The position numbers and the translations under genes were made by a program. From Tilletiaria anomala UBC 951 (Eukaryota): 64,000 bases of DNA. Numbering within the stretch: position 1 is the first letter of the stretch; each line of letters opens with the position of its first letter. Where the stretch lies: positions 124,001 to 188,000 of the forward strand of contig NW_013547017.1 of assembly GCF_000711695.1 (NCBI RefSeq), in the 5' to 3' direction. The notes under the pieces were generated by a model, which ran no database searches, had not been told where the DNA came from, and was given only the letters and a program-made list of their open reading frames with translations. Shown here piece by piece: positions 1 to 11,739 of the stretch.

Positions 1-1715
1 CGTCTGGGGAATCGTGCCGTAGCGCCGCCTCAAAGTCGTCAAGGGTGAAATTGCTCAGGCGCAGAGCTTTGCCGCAAGAGATTAGGAAGTGGTACGCGCC
101 GATGAACCGCTCGAACCACTCGCCGGCCATGCGCCCGCACGGATCGTCGACTGCCCCACGCTTGGGCTTCGGTCGATCGCGTCGTCTTGCGACCTCCTCC
201 TCGAGCATACGCGATGCCAGCTCGCGGTTGGTGATCGCGCCAAGGTCGAGATCCTCCCATGGAAACTTGACCGTCTTGCGCTTCTCCGCGCGCCGCTTCT
301 CTTCCTCTTCCTGCCACACCTTTTCCTCCTCAGCAGCAATTTCCTCCGCGCTTTTGGTTGGGACATCCTTCTTCCTCCTCTTCCTCTTCGGCTTGGTCTC
401 CTCTTCTTCCGCGCTTGCTGCGTCGTCCGCCCCAGGCTCCTCTTCGACGACTTTCTTACGCTTCTGAAGCTTCTCCTCCTTCATTTGCAGGTTCTTGCGG
501 CGCACCTCGTCACTCGGGTTGATCGGGATGCCATAGCGATGCGCTATGACGTGTCTCACGATCCAAGGGGCGCCGATCGACGCATCGCGGACGACGCAGG
601 TGCGAATGTACTTGCGCAGAATGGTCTTGCTGAAGGCCAGACGGTCGCGTGAAAGGACTTTAGCGCGGACTTCCATGAGACTACCGGTGAACTTGCCATC
701 GTTGTCGACAAGCTGAATGGCATAGAGGTATTCCGCAGGGTCGTCCACAGCGATTGCTGCCTTGGCGTCGATGCTGAGATCTGTGCCGATGCGGTGCAGA
801 ATCTCGACCGGGTGCACATGCGGAAGCTGGCTTTTACTGGGCGAGCCGTCGTTAATGCTAGCCATGCTTGTATTGTCGCTTGCCTCAGGTTTTGCTGCGA
901 CTTTGACTTTGCCCTTCTTGCCACTTGACGCCTGCAATTTCATAAAGCCCGCAACGAGATCGTGGGTCGACTGCCCGTCCGCAACGCGCTGCTGATGCTT
1001 CTTAATGAGGGAGCGACTTGGGAAGGCGTCCTTGATTCTCGCGTGGTAGCGATCGCCCTGCACCTCCACGAGCACGCTCTCATCGGGCCAGAAGCGGTCC
1101 TTGAAGCGCTCGAACAGCAGATCGACTAGGTTGTCTAGCCGTCCCGTCACAACGAATTGAATAGAGCGCAGCACATGGCCTTTGAGCGCCTCGGGGAATC
1201 GGCGGTGCAGCTCTTGCGCTTCGCGTCGCTCTGATTCAACAGCTTGCCAGTACGAAAGGCCTATCTTTCCGGTGAGCTCGCACTGGAAGATTTTTTGATT
1301 GTAGAAGGCGAGCCGTGCAGCATATGATCTGGAAAAGAAGCGAAGTTGGAGAGCATGTCACGTAAGTATAGCTTCGTTGCAACCGAATACCGATGTGAGA
1401 GGTGACTCACTCATAATCCAGAAATATTTCTCCCGTCTTAGCAAGGTAAAATACCTCTGGGTCAGGTAGCTCTTCCTCCTGCGACATGGCTCTGGCCGTG
1501 GCAGGCGAGCAGGTGTTGCTATGCCCCTTTCCTTTCCCTCTGCCCTTGCCAGCTGCCGCAGAGGCTGGTGCTGACGAACCAGCGGCAGGGCTGCTTTCGT
1601 TGCTCTCTGCAAACGTGCCTGAGCGTTCTGCTTCTTCTAATGCCATGACGGCTGCGAGGGCACGTGGATCTGGCGGAGGGATGTGCTCGACGAGCTTGCG
1701 TCTCACGAGCGGCAT
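1..1715 (-). CDS. ITC1: ISW2-complex subunit Itc1 / ACF1 (BAZ1A-like; WAC + DDT domains), 3' end runs off the window
   Basis: ATG at 1715 (MPLVRRKLVEH). WAC motif EVFYLAKTGEIFLDYE|SYAARLAFYNQKIFQCELTGKIGLSYWQAVESE is joined across a GT-AG intron at 1410-1329. Downstream LSRDRLAFSKTILRKYIR...APWIV, KFPWEDL, and DDT-like AYHFLISCGKALRLSNFTLDDFEAALRH at the window edge. Confidence 0.9.
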
Positions 1716-3835
1716 TGTGAAGAATGCTTTGCACTTTGATGATCTGATCCGGAGTGTTTTCTGTATGGAGGCCTTTGGCAGTGATGATGAGTTTCTGATC
1801 GCGTGTGGACGCCACTGAGCTTCTGGTTTGCGCGTGATGGGGCCCTGGTACGTGGTAAACCCTCTGCAACAGTTGCAAGTATGAGCAACCTGGTAAAGCT
1901 GCTGGATGGTTTGCACGTGTTGCTGCTTTGAGACTTTCAGTCCGCGCCCATTGCAAGTCGAAGACAACTAAAAGACGCGCTACCTTCCGAAGAAAGTTGC
2001 GTGCGCGGTGTAGCAACGTGGCAGAGATTTAAGGCAGGATGATGTTCGCAACGCGAACGAAGGGCCCTTGTTTGTAATGGGGACGTATCGGAGCCCTCAC
2101 GGGAGAGTCGTGCGTGGTAGGCGAGAAGCTATCAGTATGTTCGACTGGTCATCTAGTTAATGGACAAGGCCGACGAGCCCTGCGCCTCGAAGGAGCCCTG
2201 CAGAGTGAACGATGCTAGATGCAGCACGCCGGTTCGGCATGAGAGGATACGAGTCTTTGGATGGATGAGGCGCGAGGAGATATGGAGAACAGGTGAAGGA
2301 AGCGGTGCTAGGGTCGTTTCCTCAGCCCCCTGACAGAAGCAGTGGCTGGAGCGAATTCGATGGAGGTGATCACACGCAAAGACGTGAGCCGGTGCGTGGA
2401 AGAGAAACGAGCTGGATTCGTGGAGAACCCATGAAAGCGAAAGAGGCAGACCGAGGGGAGGGAAGAAAAGTGATGCAGAGAGGATAGGGACGATGAGGAG
2501 GAAAGAGGAGGGGAGGGACGGAGAAGCGCCTGCTTGGGGGGGGGGACCGCCGCCAGCCAACGCGACAACGGCCTCTGTGTAGTACCACAGCACCACGAAT
2601 CACAATGACGTCCGCAACAATTTGACACAACAGCAGCAAGCAACACCAACAAGCCGCCGCCGATTCGCACACCACAATGCTACACGACGAGCTGGACGTT
2701 CCCTCGCGCCGCCGACTGCCCATTGACAGCGCGATGGATGTGGTGTTGGACGGCGATGCTTACAGCTTCGACTTGCCGCCCAGAATCTCCTATCCAACCT
2801 GGCTTGACGTATGTATGTGGGAGAAAGACATATGTGAGGGATGATCGAATTGCAAGCAAAAGCAGAACAGCGTGCGCCGTACTGCCGCGTCGCCCACCTA
2901 CATCTCCGCCGAAAAAAGACCCCGGCCAACAGGCAGCAGTTCACACTGCCCTGGTGCCTGGCTGGGTTGAGTGGAAGTTTGCAAAGTGGCGCGCGCACCC
3001 GAACAGTCGCAGTCGTTCGCTGAAGATGCCGCTTCCAACTCAGCCCCCTCCCCCAAGGGCCAAGAGAGAGCAGAGCGATGTTCAACGCTTTGGATTATAC
3101 GTACAGCCAAAAGGCGAAAAAAATCAATAATATGTTCAATGCGCCATCCGCGCCCTGCCGTTCCCTCTCTCTCCTCTTCGTCATCACAATGTGGACTGTC
3201 CAGCATCGCTAATACTCGTCTCGCATCTTCCTTCCAACCTTCGATGTGACACAGTACGCACATCCCCCCACGCACATTAAGCATGTCTGGTCTCGTTGCA
3301 AAGCTTGCGTAGCCTGCTACCGCATGGACGTGTCAGGAGAGGTCCGATGGTTATTGCAATGTGCTATGGTGTGCACGTGCAGACACGGAACGAGCCCCCG
3401 ACGATTCCTCAGCTCCTCGCTACCTTTGATGTTCTCAACGTGAAAGAGAACCGTCCACGGCGGCATAACAGCGGCTATCGTTCACGCGCATCGCAACCAT
3501 CTCGGCAATATATTTAACACTTCTCACCTTGCTTGCCGTTTAGACCTGTTGGAAATCAGCTCAAGGCTCTCATAACTGACCTACTATTCCAGTTCTATAG
3601 ACGTCGATGTCGTCCAATCAAAGACTCTGCGTGCTATGCGGTTGTGAAAGACGTTGTTCTTCTGGTGCGAGCTTTCTTTTAGACACTATTACATCACGGC
3701 TGTTGCATGCCAGCAGGGGATGTCACTCGGCCAAAGAAGCAAGCGTCATGTAGACGCGGACGCAAGGAGCGGTCTCGTTACAGAGCCATGCTACAGTGAA
3801 GACTAAAGGTGCATTGGATGTCGCTGACTTCCGAT

Positions 3836-5216
3836 CTACAATGGGTAAGGGGGTCTGCAACTTCGAACTACGCAGACGCCACATCGTTGCAAGCTCTCAA
3901 AAGCTTCTTTCTCTTTCTTGACGTCCGTCGGCGTACCGCGACCGACAAACTCGCATTTGCCGGCAGAAACCGGGAACAATCTCGCCGACGTCTTGTCGCG
4001 CGTAAAGTGCCCGCACCGGTCCTGGATGATGTAGCACATGTTGGGCAACGTGAGAGGGGGGATCGCGGGGATGTATATAACGGACGCGTCGGACGCGCCG
4101 GTGTGCACCGACTCCCCAGAGTGCACCAAGTCGCAGCGCCAGAGCACCATGCCGCCCAGTTCAACGGATGGGGTGGACGTCATGGTCGACGAGAGCGGTA
4201 GGTGGTGATGCGTAGGGTCCGGCAGCTTGCTATCATGGCCCAGCGAACACCCGATGAAGTCGGAATTCTCCGTGTCGAACTTGATGCACAACATCCAGTC
4301 AGCAACAAATCCAGCAGCCAGCGCCCCACAATTCTGCACATCTCCGCAGACTCACAACCCAATTGCTCGCCTGCAAAAGTCGACGCCACCGTGGCGTTTC
4401 AGGCGAAAGAATGGCCGAAGCATGATGCAAGCCGAGCTCTCCTTGAGGAATGGCAGCACCTTTAATGCCCCTTCGTGTTGGTTTCGCTCAGGCTCAGCCA
4501 GCCTTGCCAAGTCCTGAATACGCTGCACTGACTTCTACCTCCATACATGCTTGTTTGCAACGTAAGACGCTGCTCCTCGTTCCAGATGTAAAACGGCGTA
4601 AGCACGGAGGTCATTTATGTCATGTTCTGCAGCGTCCTTGCACCACTCACAGCGTGCATCGACCTGCGACTTGGGCCAGTACAACTCGTACACTTGCGGA
4701 TTGTCCTCCGGAAATCCTTGCGTCGGGTTGGCAGCGGCGTATTCGCGGGTTCTGTTGCTTCCATTTGAGCGCCTTCTTCGGCTTGATGCCGCTCTTGACG
4801 ACAGCCCCGCCGCGTTGCTTGATATCTGCGACATGATGTCGCGTGAGCCAGCTTTCGATATGAGATGATGTACCCCCACCACTTCCTACGATGGTATGCT
4901 ACGGGTGCTTGGCGTATATGAACACATTCTCATCCAAAGCTTGCGTCATCTCGGCTTTCTCTTTGATCACAGAGATGATGTTGCGCCAGGACTGCTGCGA
5001 TGGGAAGGAGTGCTACTCATCGCGGACCGGAGACTATTTGAGTGCGGCGTAGCGTGGCAGTGTCCCCGGAAAAGGAACTAAAGACGTCGGCGATTGAACC
5101 TTCAGAATTGGGCGTAACCTTGCTTGGGGGTTTGAAATGAATATCTGCGCCAGCGGGAGCATCTGTCGGACTGCTGACATTATTGGAAGCTCTGGCTTGC
5201 GAACAAGCGTCGACAC
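3836..5216 (-). pseudogene. Degraded DUF1479 (Gig2/YbiU-like oxygenase-fold) gene
   Basis: Collinear family-like blocks in shifting frames: LPRYAALK*, SWRNIISVIKE, DIKQRGGAVVKSG, EYAAANPTQGFPEDNPQVYELYWPKSQVDAR, QCSVFRTWQGWLSLSET, EGALKVLPFLKESSACIMLRPFF, MTSTPSVELGGMVLWRCDLVHSGESVHTGASDASVIYIPAIP. Several in-frame TAG stops and frameshifts. Confidence 0.85.
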
Positions 5217-6080
5217 GAAGTCAGAAGGCGCGCCTGCCGGTCAGGGAAAAGCTGGCGGAAGCACGGTCGGAATTTCTCGCGAGCATGTTTTAGAGATGGT
5301 CAATAACCCTCAGAGGTGAAGGAGCGCATGTATGTCATATTAGAGTCGAAGGCCTCGTATCATGACTGCAGAATTCTACTTTATGTACAGGCGTCGTCTT
5401 GATACCGAGGTGCCCGGCTGCATGTCAACCTCGGATGGAGCTATGTGGTAGTGTCTATGAAAAAGTCGCCTATTCAAGATGCCGATCCCTACGAAAGCAC
5501 GTGGCAAATTCGGGTACTTTTTCTTTCAAGACGCCGAGCCTCTCATCGCTTGCGACACGAAGAGATGGAAGGGTTAGTGGGTTGGTTGCGTGCGACCCCG
5601 TACCGGTCGTCTGCGAGATCGATCTCGCATTTCGTGTTCAAGTAGCATCATCATCGTCCCTCTTCCACACTTCCGCTGATGGGACATGCGTGACATACAT
5701 TGGTTGACATGACCACATGGGAAAGAGGGGATCGTTGTGCGAAGCATTCGTCTTCTTAGGAGCGAATAGTAGACTCACAAAGCTGCAAATCCATAACGAC
5801 GTCCCCCCTGTTGACGTGCAGTGAAACTGGAACGTCCGTCACCGCTGGATCAGTACCTCTGGTCCAACCCACGTTGTCAGCTGGTAGACTTCGCATGCGT
5901 CGCACGTCTCCAGGTCGAGTAAATACCCGGCATGCCATAGTGTTCTCGAGCATCGTCTCGTGACCGTGGTGCGCCAGCGTGGCACTTGAACCACCCTATC
6001 TTCACATTGCAGGTCCTCCTTCGCCCTCCGTCAGCAAGCCTCATTATTGTCTTGGGTGGGCCTCTACCCAGCGCCAATGT

Positions 6081-6117
6081 ATGCCACACTCTGATGTGCT
6101 TATCGAGAGTGTGGCAT
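6081..6117. repeat. Inverted repeat / hairpin (12-bp perfect stem)
   Basis: ATGCCACACTCT (6081-6092) is the exact reverse complement of AGAGTGTGGCAT (6106-6117); the loop allows extra GAT/ATC pairing. Confidence 0.85.
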
Positions 6118-6897
6118 TCGACCTCACTCTTCCCGTCGTATATTGCTCTTAATGTACGACACTACCGAAGCAATGCATGTGCACTAGGGATCAAGCAATC
6201 TCGATACGTGTAACTTCGCGCCAGCGACTAACCAGCTCTAGTCTCTCGCGAGCCTCCATGTAGCCTCGCTTGCGGCGCCAAACCTTCAGCTCTAGCAATT
6301 AGCCTCCTTCAGGCCTCGGCATATAATCGCGCGTATTGAATGCTCGCATGGTGGAGCCTCAAATGGCCGCGAAGGAATCGTGGTCGGGTTTGCGGGTCAA
6401 ACCCTCGACTGTGTTGACCGAAGTCTCGATCGGACTGCACAAGCGCTTAATCATGCACCATCATAGGGATCTCTTTCATATTTGATTTCACTTAGCGGGA
6501 CATGAGTTGGGCCGTCCGAAATTATGGCAAGCTGCTTATCAATTGCTCTCGTCTGTCATCCCTGGAGGGGTATCTCCTGCGTTCTAAGAGGAAAAATGGA
6601 ACTAGGTTTCGGATTGATGAACAAGCTGACCAGATAGCAACAAGCAGCTCTTACAGATACGAGAATGACAAAGCTTGCGTTCCAGCACCTGGCACTCTCA
6701 AGCACAGCAGCAAACACAAAATGGAGACTGGCCTGTCGCGTCATAATATAACAAACAGAAGCGTCATATAAAGCTAACCACCCATTTCTCTGACATCTCA
6801 TACTTCATGCAGTGCTCCGAGGCCGTACCGCCAAGCAAGGAAGATCCATGTTCAGCTTTACGCTTTGTCCGCATTAACTGTGTAGAGCCTGCCGCGG

Positions 6898-8394
6898 ATG
6901 TACGCCCCGCCTTCACGGGCCGCTCAAGCGGAGGCGCCTGGCGTAGCCGACACGGGTTTCAGCAGCAAAAGCAGTCATAAATCGAAGCCCTATTTCCTTG
7001 ATGCCATCAGGTTGGATCTGAAGGACGCAAAATCGATTAATGTTGATCTTAACACGAGCAGATTGAGCCTTCAAGCATTCACTGAAGCAAAATCATGCAA
7101 CCGGGACAATTCTAACGAAGCCACTAAAAGTCCATGTATCTCAGAAGGAGATGCGCAGCATGGCTTGCTCGTGTGCTGCGCATCACCACCCGAGCAGCTG
7201 CCAAAGATCTCAGCTGTCCTGGCTGACGACACAGACGCAGGCGTAGCCGAAGCGCCTGACGGCGACGCTTTCTGTGCAGGACTCACCACTCCAGCCCTCG
7301 TAGCCGCAACGGAAACGCGGTTGCTCTGGCTGCCAGGTGTCTCTTCGCCTGCGTCGGTACCGGCAATGAGCTCCAACGCAGGCTCACCTACCACAGCGCC
7401 TACTCTGTCTGACGAGCAGATTTCAAGCCCATGCAGACCGGCCGCATTGGGGCCACCCATAGGGTCTAACCTGACATTGCCTTTTAAGCTATCTCGACCG
7501 GTTTGCATCAACGGGCAGCGACGCAAGTCTTTCACATACCTTCCCAGACAGCGGAGCGAGCCCACTCCAGGCAGTGCTGAGAAAAGTGGCAGAAACTCTT
7601 GGCTGTCACTGTCCATGAAGCCAGAGATGCAGGCAGCTGACAAGTCAACCAAGGAGGTACAAGGCGGCTCTGGCGCGAGCGAAACCGATCTCCACATTCG
7701 TTCAGCCCCACATGCTGTGGAATCGGACCGAGAGCAACCGAAAGATCATTTTCCGTCTCTTCTCCGCAACTTGAGTGCCGCCGACAGGTACGAGAGAGCT
7801 ATTCGCCCGCCATTGCCATCGCCATCGTCACTGCCGACACCCATCTTGTTCGGCATCTGGTCTCAAGCTTCACCTACGCCGCCCAGAAGGCAAAGTCGAT
7901 TGTTTCCGGGGACTGACGCTGCTGCTCCTGCCGACTCTGAAGTAGAGGCTGAACTTCAGCAGATGCCAATGGATCACTTTGATCGTCGCTACGACGAGCA
8001 GATTGACCCTGTGCACGACCCTGTCCACTGCGAATTTCCAGACGGTGATGATGAGACTGTGGCAGACGGGCCTGCTGCAAACCGCTCAAGCGCGACGCAA
8101 GCCCCAACATGGGTTGGCGGGACAATGGTCCGGACGCCTTCGGCCACCTACCATGCGCAGCAGCAGCAAACACTGCAGCAAAGAGCGGTACCTGGAAAGC
8201 AGACACAAGCGCCGCCGCAGCAGGAGCAGCAGCCACAACCGCAACAGGAGTTCAAGCATCCTCCGAAAGCTGCGGGCTATCCGGCGGAGGGCGAGAAAAA
8301 GCCCGGAATAAAACAATTCAAGCAGGCCATGAGGAGTGTCCTCCGCGGAGTCAAGGTGCGTATCCCACAACGAAATAGTGCCAATGCCACTTGA
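6898..8394 (+). CDS. Hypothetical disordered Ser/Pro/Gln-rich protein (498 aa)
   Basis: Long ATG-initiated ORF with a Q-rich C-terminus and no recognisable domain. A GTGCGT donor at 8356 could alter the C-terminus. Confidence 0.65.
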   Translation: MYAPPSRAAQAEAPGVADTGFSSKSSHKSKPYFLDAIRLDLKDAKSINVDLNTSRLSLQAFTEAKSCNRDNSNEATKSPCISEGDAQHGLLVCCASPPEQLPKISAVLADDTDAGVAEAPDGDAFCAGLTTPALVAATETRLLWLPGVSSPASVPAMSSNAGSPTTAPTLSDEQISSPCRPAALGPPIGSNLTLPFKLSRPVCINGQRRKSFTYLPRQRSEPTPGSAEKSGRNSWLSLSMKPEMQAADKSTKEVQGGSGASETDLHIRSAPHAVESDREQPKDHFPSLLRNLSAADRYERAIRPPLPSPSSLPTPILFGIWSQASPTPPRRQSRLFPGTDAAAPADSEVEAELQQMPMDHFDRRYDEQIDPVHDPVHCEFPDGDDETVADGPAANRSSATQAPTWVGGTMVRTPSATYHAQQQQTLQQRAVPGKQTQAPPQQEQQPQPQQEFKHPPKAAGYPAEGEKKPGIKQFKQAMRSVLRGVKVRIPQRNSANAT

Positions 8395-8695
8395 CTGCAG
8401 GTCGATTATCAATTGCCCCTGCGCTCCTGCGGATTTTCTTGCGTTGCTAGCGTTCGTAGCCCCACCTTCACATCGCATCGTCGCACTTGCATTCGCATTC
8501 ACGGCCACACTTGCAACAATATTCAGACCGCACGCCTAGCCATCCCCATATCATAGGAACAGTATCTCTTCAACGCTCCCTGTTGATTTTGCACCTGGCC
8601 AGCTCAATGTACTTTTCACCCTCCCCTCATAAGTGCACACTACACATGTGCATCAATGCTGCACGCCTCTAAAAGTTGATCCGCGTCGGTTGATA

Positions 8696-10069
8696 TTAGA
8701 CGAGGGTCCACGCGTCGCCTTGTTTCTTGATGTTGATCGGCCGCTTCTCGTCCAGGCTCCTGCGGCCTGCCTCGAGAATGGCGGTGGTAGCTACGGTGTC
8801 GTGGATAGTGGGTAGCTTACCAGTGTAGCTTTGTGCATCCCTGCGGCCGCTGTTGATCTCTGTGCACGCCCGGATGAAGAGCTCGAGGGAGCGGTAGCCG
8901 TAGCCTGTCTGGCCGTCAAAGTAGCCGTCGGCGTCTGGGGCGTATTTCATGTAGAATGGATTGAAGTCGGTGTTTCCTGCGCCGGCGCCTTCCTCGCGCA
9001 CACAGCTGTAGCCGCGGCGCGACTGGTTGAGCTTGAGCTCGCCCTTAGTGCCGACGTAGTGGAAGTGCTGCTCGGAGTGCACGCCAGCGCCCGTCGGTGC
9101 GGCCCACGACGCGGTGAAGACACCCGTGGCGCGGCGGTGCGCGAGCGGCTGTTGCGTCTTGGCGTCGAGGATGGCGTAATCGACAAGCAACGTGATGTTG
9201 TCCTCCGTCTCTGGCGGGCAGTTGAACGGCTCAGCGTTGGCGATGCCCAGGGCGCCGTTGGCCATGACGCGCGTCGGCACAGCGCGCTCCTGAATGTACC
9301 AGTCGAGGATGTCCACGTGGTGGCTGGAGAGGTAGTACGAGATGTCGCTGTCCCTGCCTGCCCATGCTTTGAACGTCTCAAGCTGCGTTTTGGGTTGCGA
9401 CATGTACGCGTAAAAGTACGACAGGTCGCCCAGGTCCTCTCGCGCCTTGTCGCGCGCGTCGGCATACGCCGGGTCGAAGCGCTTGTGGTGTTCGACAAAG
9501 CAGAGCACGCCTTCCTCCTTTGCGATCCGCGCGAGTTCCAGGTGGTCCTTGAGCGTCTTGACAGCCGGCTTGGTGACGAGCACGTGGATCTTGCGCTTCA
9601 TCGCGTACACGGCGATAGGGAAGTGCGTCGTGTCGGGTGTGAAGATGGTGATGGCGTCTCCTGGCTTGAGCTTGTCGATAGCTGCCTTGTCTGCGCAGGG
9701 AAGGGGGCATGAAAGAGCGTCAGATAGAGCAGGGCGATGCAGATGCTGCATTAGCTCGGAATGCCACTCACAAGCCTCAGGATCCCTCTTCCCGGGTTCT
9801 GGGTACGCAGTGAAAGTGGTGTCCATATCGCGGTATTTGTTCTCGATGTTCTGCGTGAGATGGTTGCGAATGCCGTCGAATTTATCGCCGTTGGTGCCGA
9901 CCATACTGATGTCCTTGCCGAGCAGGCCGCGCCGACGGAGGTCGAACATGGTCAAGCCGACGACACCGACCTTCTTGTCTGACTTGGAGGCGCCGGTGCC
10001 GACAAAGCCGGTGGTGTACTCGCCGATGCCGCAGCATAGCACGTTTGGCTGGCTTTGGGCGTTGGGCAT
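8696..10069 (-). CDS. gaaA: D-galacturonate reductase GaaA-type (Gfo/Idh/MocA oxidoreductase), ~430 aa after splicing
   Basis: GIGEYTTGFVG...SDKKVGVVGLTMFDLRRRG, IFTPDTTHFPIA, EHHKRFDPAY, YMSQPKTQLETFKAWAG, NPFYMKYAPD...GQTGYGY match the Aspergillus GaaA family. Removing the 81-nt intron 9771-9691 restores DPEAYKAAID. Confidence 0.92.
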   Translation of the reverse strand: MPNAQSQPNVLCCGIGEYTTGFVGTGASKSDKKVGVVGLTMFDLRRRGLLGKDISMVGTNGDKFDGIRNHLTQNIENKYRDMDTTFTAYPEPGKRDPEACEWHSELMQHLHRPALSDALSCPLPCADKAAIDKLKPGDAITIFTPDTTHFPIAVYAMKRKIHVLVTKPAVKTLKDHLELARIAKEEGVLCFVEHHKRFDPAYADARDKAREDLGDLSYFYAYMSQPKTQLETFKAWAGRDSDISYYLSSHHVDILDWYIQERAVPTRVMANGALGIANAEPFNCPPETEDNITLLVDYAILDAKTQQPLAHRRATGVFTASWAAPTGAGVHSEQHFHYVGTKGELKLNQSRRGYSCVREEGAGAGNTDFNPFYMKYAPDADGYFDGQTGYGYRSLELFIRACTEINSGRRDAQSYTGKLPTIHDTVATTAILEAGRRSLDEKRPINIKKQGDAWTLV

Positions 10070-10827
10070 GGTTGCGTTATGTGGGATGAAGCAGAGGAAC
10101 GTCGTTTTCTGTGTCGTGTCGTCCGTGTTTTAATCACGGACTGCCGCCAGAACAGAACGGAACGTGAAGAGCAGAGCGCAAAGGGTAAATTGAGAGAATG
10201 AAGGATGCTATTCTCTGCGCGAAGGTAACATGTGACCTCTCCTTACCAACTGAGGTGAAGCTTGAGCCACTCTACGTTGTCTTCGTCTGCAGCTGGCAAG
10301 CTCAACCCGAATGGAAACATAGCAGCAAGTGTATCATGGTCACGACGACGATGACGACGTCGTCTTCGAGAGCGCAGCCCATCGTCCACGATGAGCATGG
10401 GGACGTGGTGACCGGTCCGCTCTCGGTGTGGAGAGAACAGGAGCTCGTGGGGGGGAGGGGGAAAGGGTTTGGAGGCACAAGGGCAGTCTTTACTTACTAG
10501 CATCCGGCCTACATCAGCGCGGGAGGCGAGGCATCTCCCCCTCATCATCGTGGGGAACGGCGGGCAGACGGACGAGCACGTGACACACAATGCGGATCCA
10601 GAGCAACCCACTACACGATGGAGCGGAACTCGGAACGTCATGGTGAGATGACGATGACGCCAGTCGATAGATTCCCATCACATGGAACCTTTGATTGATA
10701 TTGATCACCGCTCCCGTTGATCCGTTGGTTGCAGAGCATGGAGCACTTCCCAAGTTTCTGCCACCAATCATCTCACGCTGAAAGGACACGGTCTCGCAGA
10801 GCAAACCCCAGAAGGTAAACCAACGGC

Positions 10828-11739
10828 ATGGCGCTGCAACCATCGCTACGTGCGCTGCAGCTCGGCGCAACCGACGCACCCAACACGCTCGAGTTCTACA
10901 TCGACTATGTCTGCCCCTTTTCCCGCAAGGCGGTCCTCGGCCTGCGTGACTACGTCATCCCGCTGCTCTCATCAGGCCAGTTCAAGCTGATCATCCGGCC
11001 ATATGTACAGCCGTGGCATTGGACGAGTGTGCGTTGTAGCATAGGGCCCTATGCTGGCTATGTACATCCGTGCGAGCCCGGCCTCGCGCTGTGACTTGCT
11101 TGTGCCATTAGACTGACGCATAGATGCCGTTTGGCTGACCAGACGCTCACCTCTGAGGGTGCCCTCGCAATCGCCAAGCTAGCCTCACACAACCCGCCCG
11201 AGCAGCTCGCAGACCCGTCACGCAACGCCTTCTGGCTGTACACCGTCGAGCTCATGGAGAAACAGGAGCAGTTCTTCGAAGCCGCCGCGCGCTCCAAGTC
11301 CAGCGACGGCATCCGGCAGGAGCTCACCACGCTTGCCGTTGGACTTTTTGGCGGCGGCGGACAGGGCAGCTCGGCGTCCAGCGGCCAGGTGCACCTGGAC
11401 ATCCTCCGTGGTCCCCAGGGTGGCGTACCCCTCGGGCAGGCCATCAAGGACCTGCTACGAGTCGCAAAGGTTGGCAATGCCGGCAACTCAGTCGGCGCCG
11501 ACGTTAAGTACTGCGTGAGTATAAGCGAAGACGCATAGTCTCCTTTCATAGCTCATCCCGCATCCGATTGACAATGACAACACCTTTGATTCCAGAACAA
11601 ACTTGGCCGCCAGAACGGCATCCACGTCACGCCAACCGCGCTTTGGAACGGCGTCGTCGACGGCGCCATCTCCTCTTCGTTCAGTCAGAAGGAGTGGAGG
11701 CAATGGTTCGAGCAGCAGCTCGGTCCGAGCAAGCTGTGA
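10828..11739 (+). CDS. Thioredoxin/DsbA-fold protein with C-terminal PTS1 (SKL), ~238 aa
   Basis: Exons 10828-11028, 11143-11514, 11596-11739. LEFYIDYVCPFS, YVQPWH, GRQNGIHVTPT(cis-Pro)ALWNG; ends GPSKL*. Confidence 0.85.

Noticed and set aside
2153..3520. Overlapping short ORFs, purine-rich tract and G10 run (2536-2545)
   Set aside because: No coherent coding signal or family motif; consistent with a CT-rich promoter/leader upstream of ITC1.
6060..6140. Helitron 3' end at the hairpin
   Set aside because: No CTRR terminus followed by T at the expected distance, and no Rep/helicase remnants seen.
8831..10133. Long + strand ORFs opposite gaaA (and similar antisense ORFs opposite MFS, MPDU1, asparaginase, GUS1 and APC5)
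   Set aside because: Shadow ORFs produced by high GC at third codon positions of the real gene; no recognisable protein features.
10761..10768. CCACCAAT resembling the Aspergillus galacturonate-responsive element (TCCNCCAAT)
   Set aside because: A single imperfect match that is also a generic CCAAT box, and the cognate regulator GaaR is described from ascomycetes.
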